NCBI GenBank assembly: GCA_963807605.1
Contig: CAWECG010000003.1
Coordinates: forward strand, 640,001 to 704,000
DNA length: 64,000 nucleotides
From: Candidatus Bathyarchaeota archaeon
Lineage (GTDB): Archaea > Thermoproteota > Bathyarchaeia > 40CM-2-53-6 > RBG-13-38-9
Direction: 5' to 3'
The notes beneath the pieces were generated by a model that was given only the letters and a program-made list of their open reading frames with translations, made no database searches and was not told where the DNA came from. Position numbers and translations under genes: made by a program. Of this stretch, positions 39,596-50,195 are shown piece by piece (position 1 is the first letter of the stretch; every line of letters starts with the position of its first letter).

Positions 39596-40459
39596 TCAAG
39601 GAGCCTCAACTGTGACGAATCCCCATTTCTGGATAATCTGCATGCCTTCTTCGGATAATACATAAGCAACGAAAGCTTGTGCAATACGAAGTTGCGGTGA
39701 ATTAGTGAGCACAGCTATCTGATAAGAGGCTTCGACATTGAATTCAGGTGGGATTGATAGCCCGTACAATCCAACCCCTTTGACGGCTACATCCGACAAA
39801 TATACAAACCCTGCATCGGCCAAGCCGTTCATAACCTTGCTTACGACTTGTTGAGCATCAGGCTCGTAAGCAACCACATTCTTCAAGATCTTCGATTTGT
39901 ATTTCTCTATTGCCGGTTTCTGGTAGTATTTGCTGTTATGGTCTCCCCAGCTACTCTCTATCTTCGATAGAACCTGGTCTGTATAGTTTCCAAGCGGTGT
40001 TTTGAAATCGGCCACGACAATCCTTACGCCTTTCTTCACAAGATCCTCAAGACCATACAGCTTTGCGGGATTATCCGCTGGCGTGGCAATAGCAAGTGAA
40101 TTGTAGGCAAATGTTCTTGATGTATTCTGGAAGGTCAGACCTTTGCTCCTAATCAGATCCATCTCGCTGACGCTAGCAGAAGCAAAGATGTCGCAGACTT
40201 GACCTCCAATTATCTGTTCCCTCAGGCTATTGGAGCTCGCCAGATTCAATACGATTTCAACATTGTTCTGACTCTCAAAATTCTGTTTAAATTCTCCAAA
40301 TACGTTAGTTAACGAAGATGCTGCATAGACTCTCAGCTGAACTCTAGTGGTTTGCATATAGTAGGCGTAGCCTGCTACAAGGCTGGCCGCCACCACAGCG
40401 ATCATAATCACTGCCAAGAGCAGCTTCCTAGGTCTATTCAGCGACGTCACGACCTGCAC
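39596..40459 (-). CDS. modA: Molybdate ABC substrate-binding protein
   Basis: YAASSL, ASSNSL..QI, DIFASA, PLG.Y, ADAGFVY.SD. Confidence 0.9.
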   Translation of the reverse strand: MQVVTSLNRPRKLLLAVIMIAVVAASLVAGYAYYMQTTRVQLRVYAASSLTNVFGEFKQNFESQNNVEIVLNLASSNSLREQIIGGQVCDIFASASVSEMDLIRSKGLTFQNTSRTFAYNSLAIATPADNPAKLYGLEDLVKKGVRIVVADFKTPLGNYTDQVLSKIESSWGDHNSKYYQKPAIEKYKSKILKNVVAYEPDAQQVVSKVMNGLADAGFVYLSDVAVKGVGLYGLSIPPEFNVEASYQIAVLTNSPQLRIAQAFVAYVLSEEGMQIIQKWGFVTVEAP

Positions 40460-40708
40460 CTCAAATGAGCAGTATTACATGTGCATTATCAACATTTCGC
40501 GCGCGTAACATTTCAAATTAAAAAATGTTCCTAGGACCCTCAGGGCCATTGTCACCTCGATATCCCAAGTTCAAGTGCATCGAGACTTGCACACGAGTAA
40601 GGGGTTACAATACCGGGCCGGAGAGACTAGCCTTCCCGCAATCTTCATATGCACACGCATATTTTGGTTTGAAGATGAAATCCTGCCAGCATACTTCACT
40701 CAGTATAA

Positions 40709-41686
40709 TTACTTGACACCGAAACCATAATCTGCCAGCATTTTTTGGCCTTCGTCTGAAAGCCAGAAGTTCACATACTTAATGGCCAGATCGCGGTTAG
40801 AGGTGCCTTTTATCACAGCGATTCCGTATGTACCTATCGTGTTTACCGATGAGGGTATCTCGACGTATTGCAGTTTGGATCCCTCGAATTTCACGTCTGT
40901 AACGTATGCGAAGCCTGCATCACATACGCCCAGTTCGACCTTGGTGACTACGTATTCAACTGTGGGTTCGTAGGACACTATGTTGTTTATGATTTTGTCT
41001 CTATAATGCTCCCATTGGGGGCCTTTGTAGTTTGGATCAGATCTGTTTCCCCAGGTATTCTGGATCTTTGTTAGCGTTGAATACGTGTATTTACCCACTG
41101 GAACAGTCCAACCTGCCACAACGATGTGGATATTAGGTTGAGTCAGATCCAAGAGAGAAGTGATGTTTTTTGGATTGTCAGCTGGAAGTATGAGTATCAG
41201 CTTGTTGGTTGTGAAATTCCAATACTGATTATTATCAAGAAGCCCATTTTGTTGCAACATCTTGGTCCATTTGAAGTCAGCGGCAATGAAAACGTCGCAT
41301 GGTGAACCGGCGTATATCTGTGCATAGAGGACATCAGATCCGCCGAAATTGCACAAGAGCTTAACATTGTTTTTTGTTTTAAAGCTGTCATTAGCATTTA
41401 CAATATTGGTTAAGCTGGCCGCGACGAAGCATCGCAGTTCTGTGGACGTTTGGTTTCCAGGATGTGTTTGGTTTACAGGCTGTGTTTGGTTTACAGATGG
41501 TATTGTCAGAGCAGCGATGGGGGATGGTGTGATAGGTGCGGACGTTGCTCCAAGTCTCGACATGTAGGTTGCGGATCCTGCAGCCGCCGCAACGATGATT
41601 ATGGCCAACAGGATTAGAGTTATGTTACGCTTGCGCTGTGATGTTTTCCCACCATTCGTTTTTTGCTTATCTTCTGTCACGGTCAC
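40709..41686 (-). CDS. modA: Molybdate ABC substrate-binding protein (paralog)
   Basis: AASL, GGSD.LY.QI, VPVG.Y, DAGFAY.TD; highly similar to the C-domain of the 35856 fusion. Confidence 0.9.
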   Translation of the reverse strand: MTVTEDKQKTNGGKTSQRKRNITLILLAIIIVAAAAGSATYMSRLGATSAPITPSPIAALTIPSVNQTQPVNQTHPGNQTSTELRCFVAASLTNIVNANDSFKTKNNVKLLCNFGGSDVLYAQIYAGSPCDVFIAADFKWTKMLQQNGLLDNNQYWNFTTNKLILILPADNPKNITSLLDLTQPNIHIVVAGWTVPVGKYTYSTLTKIQNTWGNRSDPNYKGPQWEHYRDKIINNIVSYEPTVEYVVTKVELGVCDAGFAYVTDVKFEGSKLQYVEIPSSVNTIGTYGIAVIKGTSNRDLAIKYVNFWLSDEGQKMLADYGFGVK

Positions 41687-41945
41687 TTCACCTTTCTGCT
41701 AACGCGCATCTCCTCGAAGTGTTAGTTCTCTAGTGTTAGAGTCTATTCATATATAATGTTTACCTCCAACATATCTGTAAGCTAAACCGCTTACGCAAAC
41801 CGACCAAATGTTTGCAAATTCACAATTCATGAGCGCGCGTAATTCAAAAAGCGCGCGGACCTGTAAGTAGATTAGGTTACATTAGCGTCTTGGGTAAGCA
41901 TTATATGTGGCAACTATGAGACATCACACAAGGAGAAGTGAAGGA

Positions 41946-42134
41946 ATGAAGGCTTCGCGGCTGAGCAAGAGGAAGAAACTTGAAGGAGAAGTGCTTGACT
42001 CGCACACGACATCTTTCACTTCAATGAGATCGTCAATTGAGTCTACAATACAAAAGTTCATTCCCTCGTTCCGTTACAGAGTCGAAGTGGTGAAGATGAA
42101 ACGCAAAATCGCTGTTGTGGTGACTAAGGCCTGA
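41946..42134 (+). CDS. Small basic hypothetical protein
   Basis: MKASRLSKRKK...; purine-rich RBS; bounded by palindrome copies at 41831/41849 and 42135. Confidence 0.4.
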   Translation: MKASRLSKRKKLEGEVLDSHTTSFTSMRSSIESTIQKFIPSFRYRVEVVKMKRKIAVVVTKA

Positions 42135-42481
42135 TAGCGCACGCGTTTGGGAACACATCATAATGAAATGGTTCGCGCGCGTTCGAATCCCTATCAACCC
42201 TGAAACCCCAGTCCTAGATATTCCGAAGATAATCCTCAAGAAGGCTGACAATGCCAACTTGAGAATCAGAATGGACTTCATAGACTTCTTACGCGCGCGT
42301 AACAGCACCGCCTTATGGCGACCTCATAGTAGAATAGCCCAACCGTAACAGGCTAGGATAATTATGGACAACAAAACGGAGTATCGCAGGCGCGAAATAT
42401 GAGAGATCGAAAGACCGTTACGTGCGTGTACACACAATTCTTAAGAACTTCTTAGGGCTAGGTCAGAGTGAGGTGCACAAG

Positions 42482-42610
42482 TTGGCTAAGAACAAAGGAA
42501 ACAAATACGCCTGTGAAGAATGTGGAGCTGTCGTAGTATACGACTCGGACTGCAGTTGCACAACCTGCGATATTGTATGCTGCGGAGTTCCCATGAAGCC
42601 CAAGAAGTGA
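42482..42610 (+). CDS. 42-aa desulforedoxin-like Cys-rich metal-binding protein
   Basis: GAGGTG RBS, TTG start; KYACEECG...CSCTTC.IVCCGVPM; poly-T terminator follows. Confidence 0.75.
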   Translation: MAKNKGNKYACEECGAVVVYDSDCSCTTCDIVCCGVPMKPKK

Positions 42611-42614
42611 GGAA

Positions 42615-42648
42615 CCTTTTCCTCATCCTCCCTCATCTCTTTTTTTTG
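42615..42648 (+). terminator. Pyrimidine/oligo-T terminator
   Basis: CT-rich tract ending in T9 right after 42610. Confidence 0.55.
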
Positions 42649-43022
42649 AGTTCTACTTCTAACCATAATTAAGGATTGGTGACCTTACAGTAACGCGTTA
42701 CGTCGTGACCTCGGACCCAAGTAAGCATCCTAGGGAGTTTCGAGAATAGAGGAAATGACCACGCGCCTACAGATTCGGGGACCCAGCGTAACAGTAGGCA
42801 GTAGACGACACACCGTCCCTGCCACCGCGAGAAAATTCCCATCATCCGAGATGACTATGACACCGAAAATTGCTAATAGATGCTGGAGATGCTCAAATGT
42901 GTGAGCCAGCGCTTTGCTGGTGCGTAGTGAAATCTTTAGGCGGTCGCGCGGTATTGCAAATGTATGCAGATAAATGGGTGTGTAATAAGTCATCGTGTGT
43001 CGTAGGAGAGAGATAACTACAG

Positions 43023-43628
43023 ATGGGAATACTCACAAACGTTAGGCTGCGGATCCAAACATTCGACGTTAGAGACATCTCCCTTGTGGCAGTCTTCAGC
43101 GCGCTTATGGCTGTGACCACATCTTACGCTGCCCCTCTTCCTTTTGGAGGGCTCACTCATTTTGGGAATACTGTGATGTGGATTGCTTCCATCCTCTTCG
43201 GTGGTCTCATCGGAGGCCTAGCTGGCGGAATTGGCGGGATGATAGTGGACATCCTTCTTGCACCTGTTTGGGCACCCTTCACTTTCTTCTGTAAGCTTGC
43301 CAGCGGGCTTGCCTGTGGGCTCGTGTCAGGCCAGGTTACGTCTATCAACAAGAAGGCCGTCATCAGGATCATTCTAGCGGTCATCACAGGCGCCGTCGTT
43401 AACCTCCTTGCGTACGCCCCGGTCTATCTCCTCTTATTCGGGCCTGGTGCGATGCTGCTGTGGTTAGGACTCTTTCTCACTCCAGGCCCTGCCTTAGCTA
43501 CATATGTTGCCACACCAGCGATAACGCTGGCAGTTTTGAGATCCTACCCAAGGGTAACGAGCTATAGAAGCTCCATAAAAGAGAGGATGAAATTCGAATC
43601 AATACGATTGAGGAGACAGCAGAATTGA
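43023..43628 (+). CDS. ECF transporter S component
   Basis: AVFSAL..V, G..HFG, LFG...G.LAGGIG....D, WAPFT...K. Confidence 0.85.
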   Translation: MGILTNVRLRIQTFDVRDISLVAVFSALMAVTTSYAAPLPFGGLTHFGNTVMWIASILFGGLIGGLAGGIGGMIVDILLAPVWAPFTFFCKLASGLACGLVSGQVTSINKKAVIRIILAVITGAVVNLLAYAPVYLLLFGPGAMLLWLGLFLTPGPALATYVATPAITLAVLRSYPRVTSYRSSIKERMKFESIRLRRQQN

Positions 43629-44359
43629 GCTGGTGGAATGAGTATGAGATAGTGGATGCCCACGCTCACCTCCAGCGAGCTTCACCAGACTTTGGAGTCA
43701 GCCTCACAGCAAGAGAGCTGAGGAAACTGATGCATCAGTACCATTACAGCAAAGTGATTGTGATGGATAGAGACAACGCCATGATTGCCAAGGCTGTTGA
43801 AGGATCAAAGGACCTCTTCGCCAATGTCTGGGTCAACCCCAAAGAAAGACGCAGCGAGAGAGACATCAAAAATTACCTGAAAAGAAGGAACTTCATAGGA
43901 ATCAAGCTACATCCCCTCTTCGACGGCTACACCCCTGATTCTCCGATAGTCCGTCCCATAGCTAAACTGGCTGAGAAGGCTGGCGTCCCAATCCAGCTCC
44001 ACTGCGGACACCCTCCCTTCAGCCTTCCATGGAGCTTCGAACCTTTAGCCAGAGCGTTTCCAGAGGTGAATATGGTCCTTGTACACATGGGCCATGGCCA
44101 TATAGTGTATATCAATGGTTCAATAGAGGTAGCGGAACGTAACAAGAACATCTATCTAGAGACCAGTGGGATGCCCATGCACACTAAGATCAAAGAGGCG
44201 ATGGAACGCGTAGGCAGGGACAGGGTTCTGTACGGTGACGACCTCCCCTGCGGTCATCCCTCATGGGAACTTGAGAAGACTCATGTCTCAGGCTTGGATA
44301 AAGAGAACCTGCGACGAGTGTTGGGGGAGAATGCGAAAAGGCTCTACTGCTTAGAATAG
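43625..44359 (+). CDS. Amidohydrolase_2-family metal-dependent hydrolase
   Basis: VDAHAH, GIKLHP, LHCG, VHMG, RVLYGDD.P. Confidence 0.9.
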   Translation: MSWWNEYEIVDAHAHLQRASPDFGVSLTARELRKLMHQYHYSKVIVMDRDNAMIAKAVEGSKDLFANVWVNPKERRSERDIKNYLKRRNFIGIKLHPLFDGYTPDSPIVRPIAKLAEKAGVPIQLHCGHPPFSLPWSFEPLARAFPEVNMVLVHMGHGHIVYINGSIEVAERNKNIYLETSGMPMHTKIKEAMERVGRDRVLYGDDLPCGHPSWELEKTHVSGLDKENLRRVLGENAKRLYCLE

Positions 44360-44865
44360 CCTGAGGAACTGACGCTATCAGAAGCTTGAATCAGCTTAGC
44401 TTCAAACGGTCTAAGAGATTGGTTACGCACGAGCATTCCGCGATCTGATCAACACGTGCGCTAAGAACTTGTTTCACTGAGATTGATATTGATAGTGAGC
44501 GATGATGAGAATAGTTGGTATAGTTGACAGACCCAGAAAAGGAGGGATACTGGCATTCTGATAGGTGAGCCCGCTAGAGTAGAAAGATATTACTCATTGA
44601 TCATTCAATTTTTGGTATCTCTCTGTCTAAAGGATGGTCTATAGATCACGTAATCTTTGGAACTTGATTCATAAAATCGTTTTTTGTGTGTGCGCATCGA
44701 TCTGGCTGGTCTTTGGAATTCGGTTTGTTTATTCAGTGTTTAAGTGAATGATACTTGTTTGGCGAGTGCTAGGATTTTTTTCTTGTGTGCTCGCCAAGTA
44801 GGGCAAAGATGAACACGAGGGACGTTTAAGTATTGCAGGTACAGAAAGAGTACGACTGTGCAATC

Positions 44866-45639
44866 TTGAGCGATCTAATTGGTTTGGCAGGTCTCTTTTT
44901 AGCGGCCATATTTGCCGGCGCCATCAATTCCGTAGGCGGAGGCGGCACTCTCATCTCCTTTCCATCACTTGTGGCGTTCGGCCAACCCGAGATCATCTCT
45001 AACGCAACAAACACAGCGGCGATTTGGCCTGGGTCGCTTAGCAGCGCCCTCGGTTATCGAAAGGACACATCAATCCAGCGGAGTTTACTCATCACGCTTG
45101 CCATTCCCAGTCTGATTGGCGGCCTTCTCGGCGCCATAATTCTGGTGATCACGCCCCTAGCAACTTTCAAACACGTCGTCCCATTTCTGGTTCTCTTTGC
45201 TACTTTGGTGCTTGCGTTGCGCCAGCTTCTTACTCGGAAATTCGGCAGCATTGCTACTGGCGGAGAGCATGTGACAACGGTTGGGCGAATCTGGGGGTTT
45301 CTCTTCCAACTATTCGTCGCTACTTACGGCGGCTACTTCGGGGCAGGCATAGGCATCCTCATGTTGGGATCGCTAAGCCTGATGGGTCTGCGTGATATTC
45401 ACCAGATGAACGCGATCAAGACTCCCCTCGTCGCCATCATCAACGTGACTGCATTCGTCTTCTTCGCACTCGAAGGATTAGTAGTTTGGCCCCTGATGAT
45501 TCTCATGACGGCGGGTTCTATTATTGGTGGTTACGGTGGCGCGCGCTTAGCTAAACGGGTGAAACCTTCCATTCTCTACACGTTCGTGGTTGCTATTGGC
45601 CTGCTGGTTTCAGGCTGGTTCTTCATCAGGTTACTCTAG
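44866..45639 (+). CDS. TSUP/TauE-SafE family (sulfite exporter-like) permease
   Basis: AGAINSVGGGG, NATNT, YGGYFGAG.G; start uncertain (TTG 44833 or 44866). Confidence 0.9.
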   Translation: MSDLIGLAGLFLAAIFAGAINSVGGGGTLISFPSLVAFGQPEIISNATNTAAIWPGSLSSALGYRKDTSIQRSLLITLAIPSLIGGLLGAIILVITPLATFKHVVPFLVLFATLVLALRQLLTRKFGSIATGGEHVTTVGRIWGFLFQLFVATYGGYFGAGIGILMLGSLSLMGLRDIHQMNAIKTPLVAIINVTAFVFFALEGLVVWPLMILMTAGSIIGGYGGARLAKRVKPSILYTFVVAIGLLVSGWFFIRLL

Positions 45640-45658
45640 CCTACCAAAAACACATTTT

Positions 45659-45670
45659 TAGCGCGCGCTA
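45659..45670. repeat. Perfect TAGCGCGCGCTA palindrome
   Basis: 20 nt downstream of TSUP stop. Confidence 0.9.
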
Positions 45671-45782
45671 TACGTTCACTAAATGATGAAGGGAAAGTTC
45701 ACAGAATGTACACGGGTACTAAACAGTATGAGAAGGTTGAAAGGTATGCTGACGGCTTAATTAAGTATAGGAGTATTGAGAG

Positions 45783-46001
45783 GTGATCACTTTGAAGATA
45801 AGTGCAAGAAACCGCCTGAAAGGAAGAGTCAAACAAGTTGTCAGAGGGGATATAACCTCAATGGTTAAGATCGAAGTTACCAAACCTGCAACGATAACAG
45901 CAGTCATTACAAAAGAAGCTGTTGAGGACCTACAAATCAAGGAAGGCGACGAAGTAGAGGCAGTCATCAAATCAACAGAAATAATGATCGCCAAGGAATA
46001 G
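45783..46001 (+). CDS. Mop/TOBE molybdate-binding protein (molbindin)
   Basis: KISARN.LKG.V, ITAVIT.EAVEDL....GD.V.AVIKST. Confidence 0.93.
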   Translation: MITLKISARNRLKGRVKQVVRGDITSMVKIEVTKPATITAVITKEAVEDLQIKEGDEVEAVIKSTEIMIAKE

Positions 46002-46359
46002 AACACGCCTCCAAACAGAAACGAGTCGCTATCATGGAAGCGCCCGCGTTACGTATGCGGCATCTGCTTTTGATATTCGAGGTTTGAAAAGACTACCGAA
46101 TAGATTGAAACTAGAATTACTGGTACAAGGATGAAAAATACTGCATACTTCGGGAGGAAGATTCCGGTAAAGCGGTCAAACCAGTGATCTTGAAAAGCTT
46201 GCCTCCGACTCTATGGGTTTTCTCCCATACTCATTCACTGCCTAGAGACCACGGTGTTCATATCCCTATGAACTAGGTTCTCCTTGCATTCTCAGTAAGA
46301 ACACCAGTCTATCTTTCGAGAGTATTCTCTTATTGGCGTGCGCTTTTATCTGGAGTCTT

Positions 46360-47457
46360 TTAGCTCATTTTGAAGTTGTTGAGCTTCTCCCAGTCAAAAA
46401 CTATTCCATGACCAGGCTTGTCTGATGGTGAAGCACACCCATTAACTATGTCAAAGGAGTTCTGTAGTACACCTGAATCGCGTAGATTGCATCCTGGTAG
46501 ATGTTCCAATAGTATTGCATTTCTAGCCGCGCACGATGTTTGGACTGCTATCTCTTCGGTGAAATGAGGGGCCATAGGTAAGCCAAGTAGCTCGGCCATA
46601 TGAGCCATTTTCATCCATTCGGTAACACCGCCGATTCTGAGAACATCGAGTTGGATGATATCCGCGCATCTTCTAGCGATTAGGGCAGCTGCCTCGGAGC
46701 GATTGTATAAACTCTCTCCAGCTGCTATTGAAATATCAAGTTTCTTGGTGAGATATTGATATCCGTCGAGAAGATTCGCGTCTATTGGTTCTTCAAGCCA
46801 ATAAACGCCCAAACGTTCCAGTTCTCTGCCTTTTCCAAGGCTCTCTTTCACCGACCACCTTCTGTTCGCATCAACCATTAGAATGCTACTCGAACCAATC
46901 GCTTTCTTCACAGCAGCGACCCGCTCAAGATCTTCGTTGAAGTCAGGTTTTCCAACTTTAATCTTGAAGGCCGTGAACCCTTCTTTCCTGTATTGCGAAC
47001 ACTCTGAGACGAGTTCATCTTGAGTATAGTTGAGGTCGATTGCGCTTCTATACACTCTTACCTTAGCATCTCGGGATCCTCCTAACATAACATACAATGG
47101 GAGCCCGGAGGATTTTGCGTTCGCATCCCAAACCGCAAGATCAAGAGCCGCATAGGCAAGCCTAGCAAGGCCCTCGAGACCGAAAGAATATGTTTCGGAC
47201 AACACGTGTTCGTATAGACTGTTGGGATCTGAGATGCCACTTGAAATTAGTTCCTTCGCAAAATAATCATCAATCAAATGCATTATGGAACTTCCACCCT
47301 TACCCTGCGTGTAAGTCCAGCCTACTCCGTCAATTCCGTTACTAAAAGACAACTTCACAATGACGAACTCATACTCTGAAAATCTCCTAAAAGAATTCTC
47401 AAGGATTCGCCGACAGGGGATCCGATACAACCCAACGTCGCATGAAAGAGGCTTCAT
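46360..47457 (-). CDS. Mandelate racemase/muconate lactonizing enzyme family (acid-sugar dehydratase-like)
   Basis: DLAVWD, KIKVG, MVDAN, WLEEP, AAGE, GG.TEW, APH. Confidence 0.92.
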   Translation of the reverse strand: MKPLSCDVGLYRIPCRRILENSFRRFSEYEFVIVKLSFSNGIDGVGWTYTQGKGGSSIMHLIDDYFAKELISSGISDPNSLYEHVLSETYSFGLEGLARLAYAALDLAVWDANAKSSGLPLYVMLGGSRDAKVRVYRSAIDLNYTQDELVSECSQYRKEGFTAFKIKVGKPDFNEDLERVAAVKKAIGSSSILMVDANRRWSVKESLGKGRELERLGVYWLEEPIDANLLDGYQYLTKKLDISIAAGESLYNRSEAAALIARRCADIIQLDVLRIGGVTEWMKMAHMAELLGLPMAPHFTEEIAVQTSCAARNAILLEHLPGCNLRDSGVLQNSFDIVNGCASPSDKPGHGIVFDWEKLNNFKMS

Positions 47458-47649
47458 CGATACTAAACCACCTTTACTCTTCGATCTTCCTCAACTTTTG
47501 TGTTGAATCTCGCATTCTTTGATCACTGTCTTAAAATCTTTCATCGCTGTGGAATGCGCTAACCATCCCTGGCGGTAACGGAGATAAAGCCTCGTATCAG
47601 CAACTCCTGCAAGAGGCATAGTGGAAAGAGTGTTACAATTTGAACTGTC

Positions 47650-47670
47650 TGGTGCAGGGAATAGGATTCG
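47650..47670 (-). other. tRNA 3'-end-like fragment (possible old att site)
   Basis: Minus strand CGAATCCTATTCCCTGCACCA; no matching 5' half. Confidence 0.3.
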
Positions 47671-47927
47671 CGCCCCCTATTACCAGCAAAAAAAGCCACC
47701 CACTCGTAAACCTTAACGAGAACTCAAAGGGTAAAAGAGTGACGCGCTCTACAGGGCTTAGGCTTGCTGATCGGTGGTGATACAAACCAACTGTAGGTAG
47801 ACATAGATAACTGACCGTTCTGCGGGATCACGCAGATACTGGTTTTTGACGCGGCCATTAATGTGTACATTTCTGGAGGAAGTTGCCTAACACGTGTGCA
47901 GTACAGCCTTAGCGCGCACGTAACACC

Positions 47928-48449
47928 TCACATGAACCTCTCGAACCTGTCCCTCTTGGCCTTGCATATTGGACACACGGCCGGAGGACTCACCCTAGCA
48001 CACAGATAACCACATACCTTGCATCGCCACACCGGATAGGTCAACCCGACCGGCGCCGTTCCGCCCTTCAGGATCTCCATCGTGTCCTGCTTCATCTTCT
48101 GGCGGTCCTCGGCAGGAGGTCGCCGCTCAGGTATTGACTTTGCCTCCTTCTTGCCGGCCTTTATGTCATCATCCACGTAGAGTGCACAGTAGCATGCTCC
48201 GTATTCCACTAGATCCTGATCTCTATAGTCGCAAGGACATATGATGTCTAGATCCTCATCCTTATTTCCCGAGGCGAGCCTGCAGGGACAGGCCATATAC
48301 CCGTATCTCTCCTCGTTGGTGAGGAGCCCCTTGATGAGATTCTTCACAAACTCCTTGTCTGGGTGCAGGTGGTAGCCTCCTTCCTCCGCTTCTTTGTCGA
48401 GCCTCTCCATTGTCTTGACAACCCTGTCCTCTGAGACAGAGGGGCTCAT
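47928..48449 (-). CDS. Ferredoxin:thioredoxin/glutaredoxin reductase-like (FTR catalytic + C-terminal rubredoxin)
   Basis: CPCR, CPC, CYC; CKVC...CPIC; ATG 48449 overlaps upstream stop. Confidence 0.92.
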   Translation of the reverse strand: MSPSVSEDRVVKTMERLDKEAEEGGYHLHPDKEFVKNLIKGLLTNEERYGYMACPCRLASGNKDEDLDIICPCDYRDQDLVEYGACYCALYVDDDIKAGKKEAKSIPERRPPAEDRQKMKQDTMEILKGGTAPVGLTYPVWRCKVCGYLCARVSPPAVCPICKAKRDRFERFM

Positions 48450-48727
48450 AATCTTAGAGCCTCCTTTATCTTGTCCTCGTTGAACCCCACTATGCAATAC
48501 TGATTGTCGATCACTATGGTAGGGTAGGAGCCTACAGGATTCCACTTCTCGACCTCTTTCATGATATTGTCCCTCTCCTTTCCCATCAGGAGATCGACTT
48601 CGACGTAATCATAGGCCAAGCCTAGCTCTCTAAGGAACTTCTTTATCTTCTTGCACCATCCGCAGGTGCTGAGGGTGTAGAGAACGATCTTCCCGGCATT
48701 CTTTCCCTTTACGTGAACGATGTTCAT
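48446..48727 (-). CDS. Glutaredoxin/NrdH-like redoxin
   Basis: LSTCGWC, NP..SYPT, IVGF. Confidence 0.92.
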   Translation of the reverse strand: MNIVHVKGKNAGKIVLYTLSTCGWCKKIKKFLRELGLAYDYVEVDLLMGKERDNIMKEVEKWNPVGSYPTIVIDNQYCIVGFNEDKIKEALRL

Positions 48728-48950
48728 TTCTATCGCATCTTGATAGATTCACTATTGTGTTTGGAGTAGTATTTTTGTTTGATTATTTTTCAAGCAGAAC
48801 AATGATAATGACAAGTATTTGTTCTCATTCGATCGTTTCTACTTTCATGCAAGAGGAATAACGCTCGCTTACAGACGTTAGGTCGAGTGATTCATTAGGC
48901 TTCAACCTTTAAGAATTTGAACTAGTCAGATTGAGTTGGAGTGATTATGA

Positions 48951-49520
48951 ATGAGGGTGCTTGGTATAGTCGGTAGTCCTAGGAAGGGGGGAAACTCAGA
49001 CATTCTGGTGGATGAGGTGCTGAGAGGAGCTAAGGATACTGGCGCAGAAGTGGAGAAACTTTTTTTGAATGAGCTGGAGATTAAACCTTGTCAGGCCGTA
49101 TGTAGCGATTACTGCAAGGGGAAAGGCGACTGTAAGATAAAGGATGATATGTCGCCATTATACAGTAAACTCTATGATAGCGATGCCATAGTTTTGGGCA
49201 CCCCTCTCTATTGGTACGGTCCAACCGCTCAATTGAAAGCGTTCATGGACCGTTGGTACGCATTCTCGCATCCAAGATACATTCACAAGATGAAAGGAAA
49301 GAAAGTAGTCTTAGTGGCACCATTCGAAGAGAGCGATATCTCCGCAGCCGACCCCCTTGTGCAGATGTTCACCAAATCACTAGATTATCTTGAGGCTGAA
49401 TTTCATGCAAAATTACTCGTCTCTGCAGGAAAGAAGGGTGCGGTAAAGCAAGACCCAGAAGCGATGAGCCAAGCCTACAAAATAGGACTACAATTGAAAT
49501 CAATTTCGAAGGGCCCTTAG
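48951..49520 (+). CDS. Flavodoxin-fold iron-sulfur flavoprotein / NADPH-dependent FMN reductase
   Basis: GSPRKGGNS, C..C...C....C.IKDD, TPLYW, K.FMDR. Confidence 0.9.
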   Translation: MRVLGIVGSPRKGGNSDILVDEVLRGAKDTGAEVEKLFLNELEIKPCQAVCSDYCKGKGDCKIKDDMSPLYSKLYDSDAIVLGTPLYWYGPTAQLKAFMDRWYAFSHPRYIHKMKGKKVVLVAPFEESDISAADPLVQMFTKSLDYLEAEFHAKLLVSAGKKGAVKQDPEAMSQAYKIGLQLKSISKGP

Positions 49521-49521
49521 A

Positions 49522-50142
49522 TTGGAACCCCTACTAGATGTTCCCCTCTTCCTCGTTTCAGTTGCTATCATATCACTTTCAGGCGTGATGATGCCTGGTC
49601 CAGTAATGGCTGTAACGATAGCAAAAGGGAAAAGCAGCGGGAACGCTGGAGCTTTAATCGCTTTAGGCCACGGGGTTATAGAGATACCTCTAATGGTCTT
49701 AATCTATTTTGGATTCGCACAGTTTTTCGCCTATGAGATCGTAAGGAGAGTCATCGGGTTTGTTGGGGGCGTAATGCTCGGTTTCATGGGAACACAGATG
49801 TTCAAAACCAAAGACCACGTTGAAGGAGAGGAACTGAATATGAAGTTCAGTTCACTATTCTCAGGAATCGTTACGACAACCGCTAATCCCTATTTCTTTC
49901 TTTGGTGGGCGACAATCGGATCTGCTTTAGTCATTAACTCAACCATCTTTGGCATGACTGGATTCCTCCTCTTTGCTCTTGCTCATTGGTCATGTGACTT
50001 TGCCTGGGATCTCTTCGTCTCAAAAGCAGTCTATAAATCACGTAACTTCTGGAATTTGAAGATCCATAGGATCGTCTTTGGTGGATGCGCGTCAATTTTG
50101 ATTATTTTTGGATTTTGGTTTGTCTACTCAGCGATAAAGTAA
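49522..50142 (+). CDS. LysE-family transporter
   Basis: SLSG.MMPGP, GH..IE, NPYF..WW. Confidence 0.9.
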   Translation: MEPLLDVPLFLVSVAIISLSGVMMPGPVMAVTIAKGKSSGNAGALIALGHGVIEIPLMVLIYFGFAQFFAYEIVRRVIGFVGGVMLGFMGTQMFKTKDHVEGEELNMKFSSLFSGIVTTTANPYFFLWWATIGSALVINSTIFGMTGFLLFALAHWSCDFAWDLFVSKAVYKSRNFWNLKIHRIVFGGCASILIIFGFWFVYSAIK

Positions 50143-50195
50143 ATGATGCCAATTAGGCAGGGTTACACGAGTATCAGCGTATGGATGACTAGAAA

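Noticed and set aside
40525-40660. Moco/Tuco riboswitch between modA genes
   Set aside because: Some hairpins and a loose resemblance, but on the strand opposite to the mod genes and core motifs not convincingly present; needs Infernal
42730-43020. Riboswitch upstream of the ECF S component
   Set aside because: No recognisable TPP/FMN/cobalamin consensus by eye
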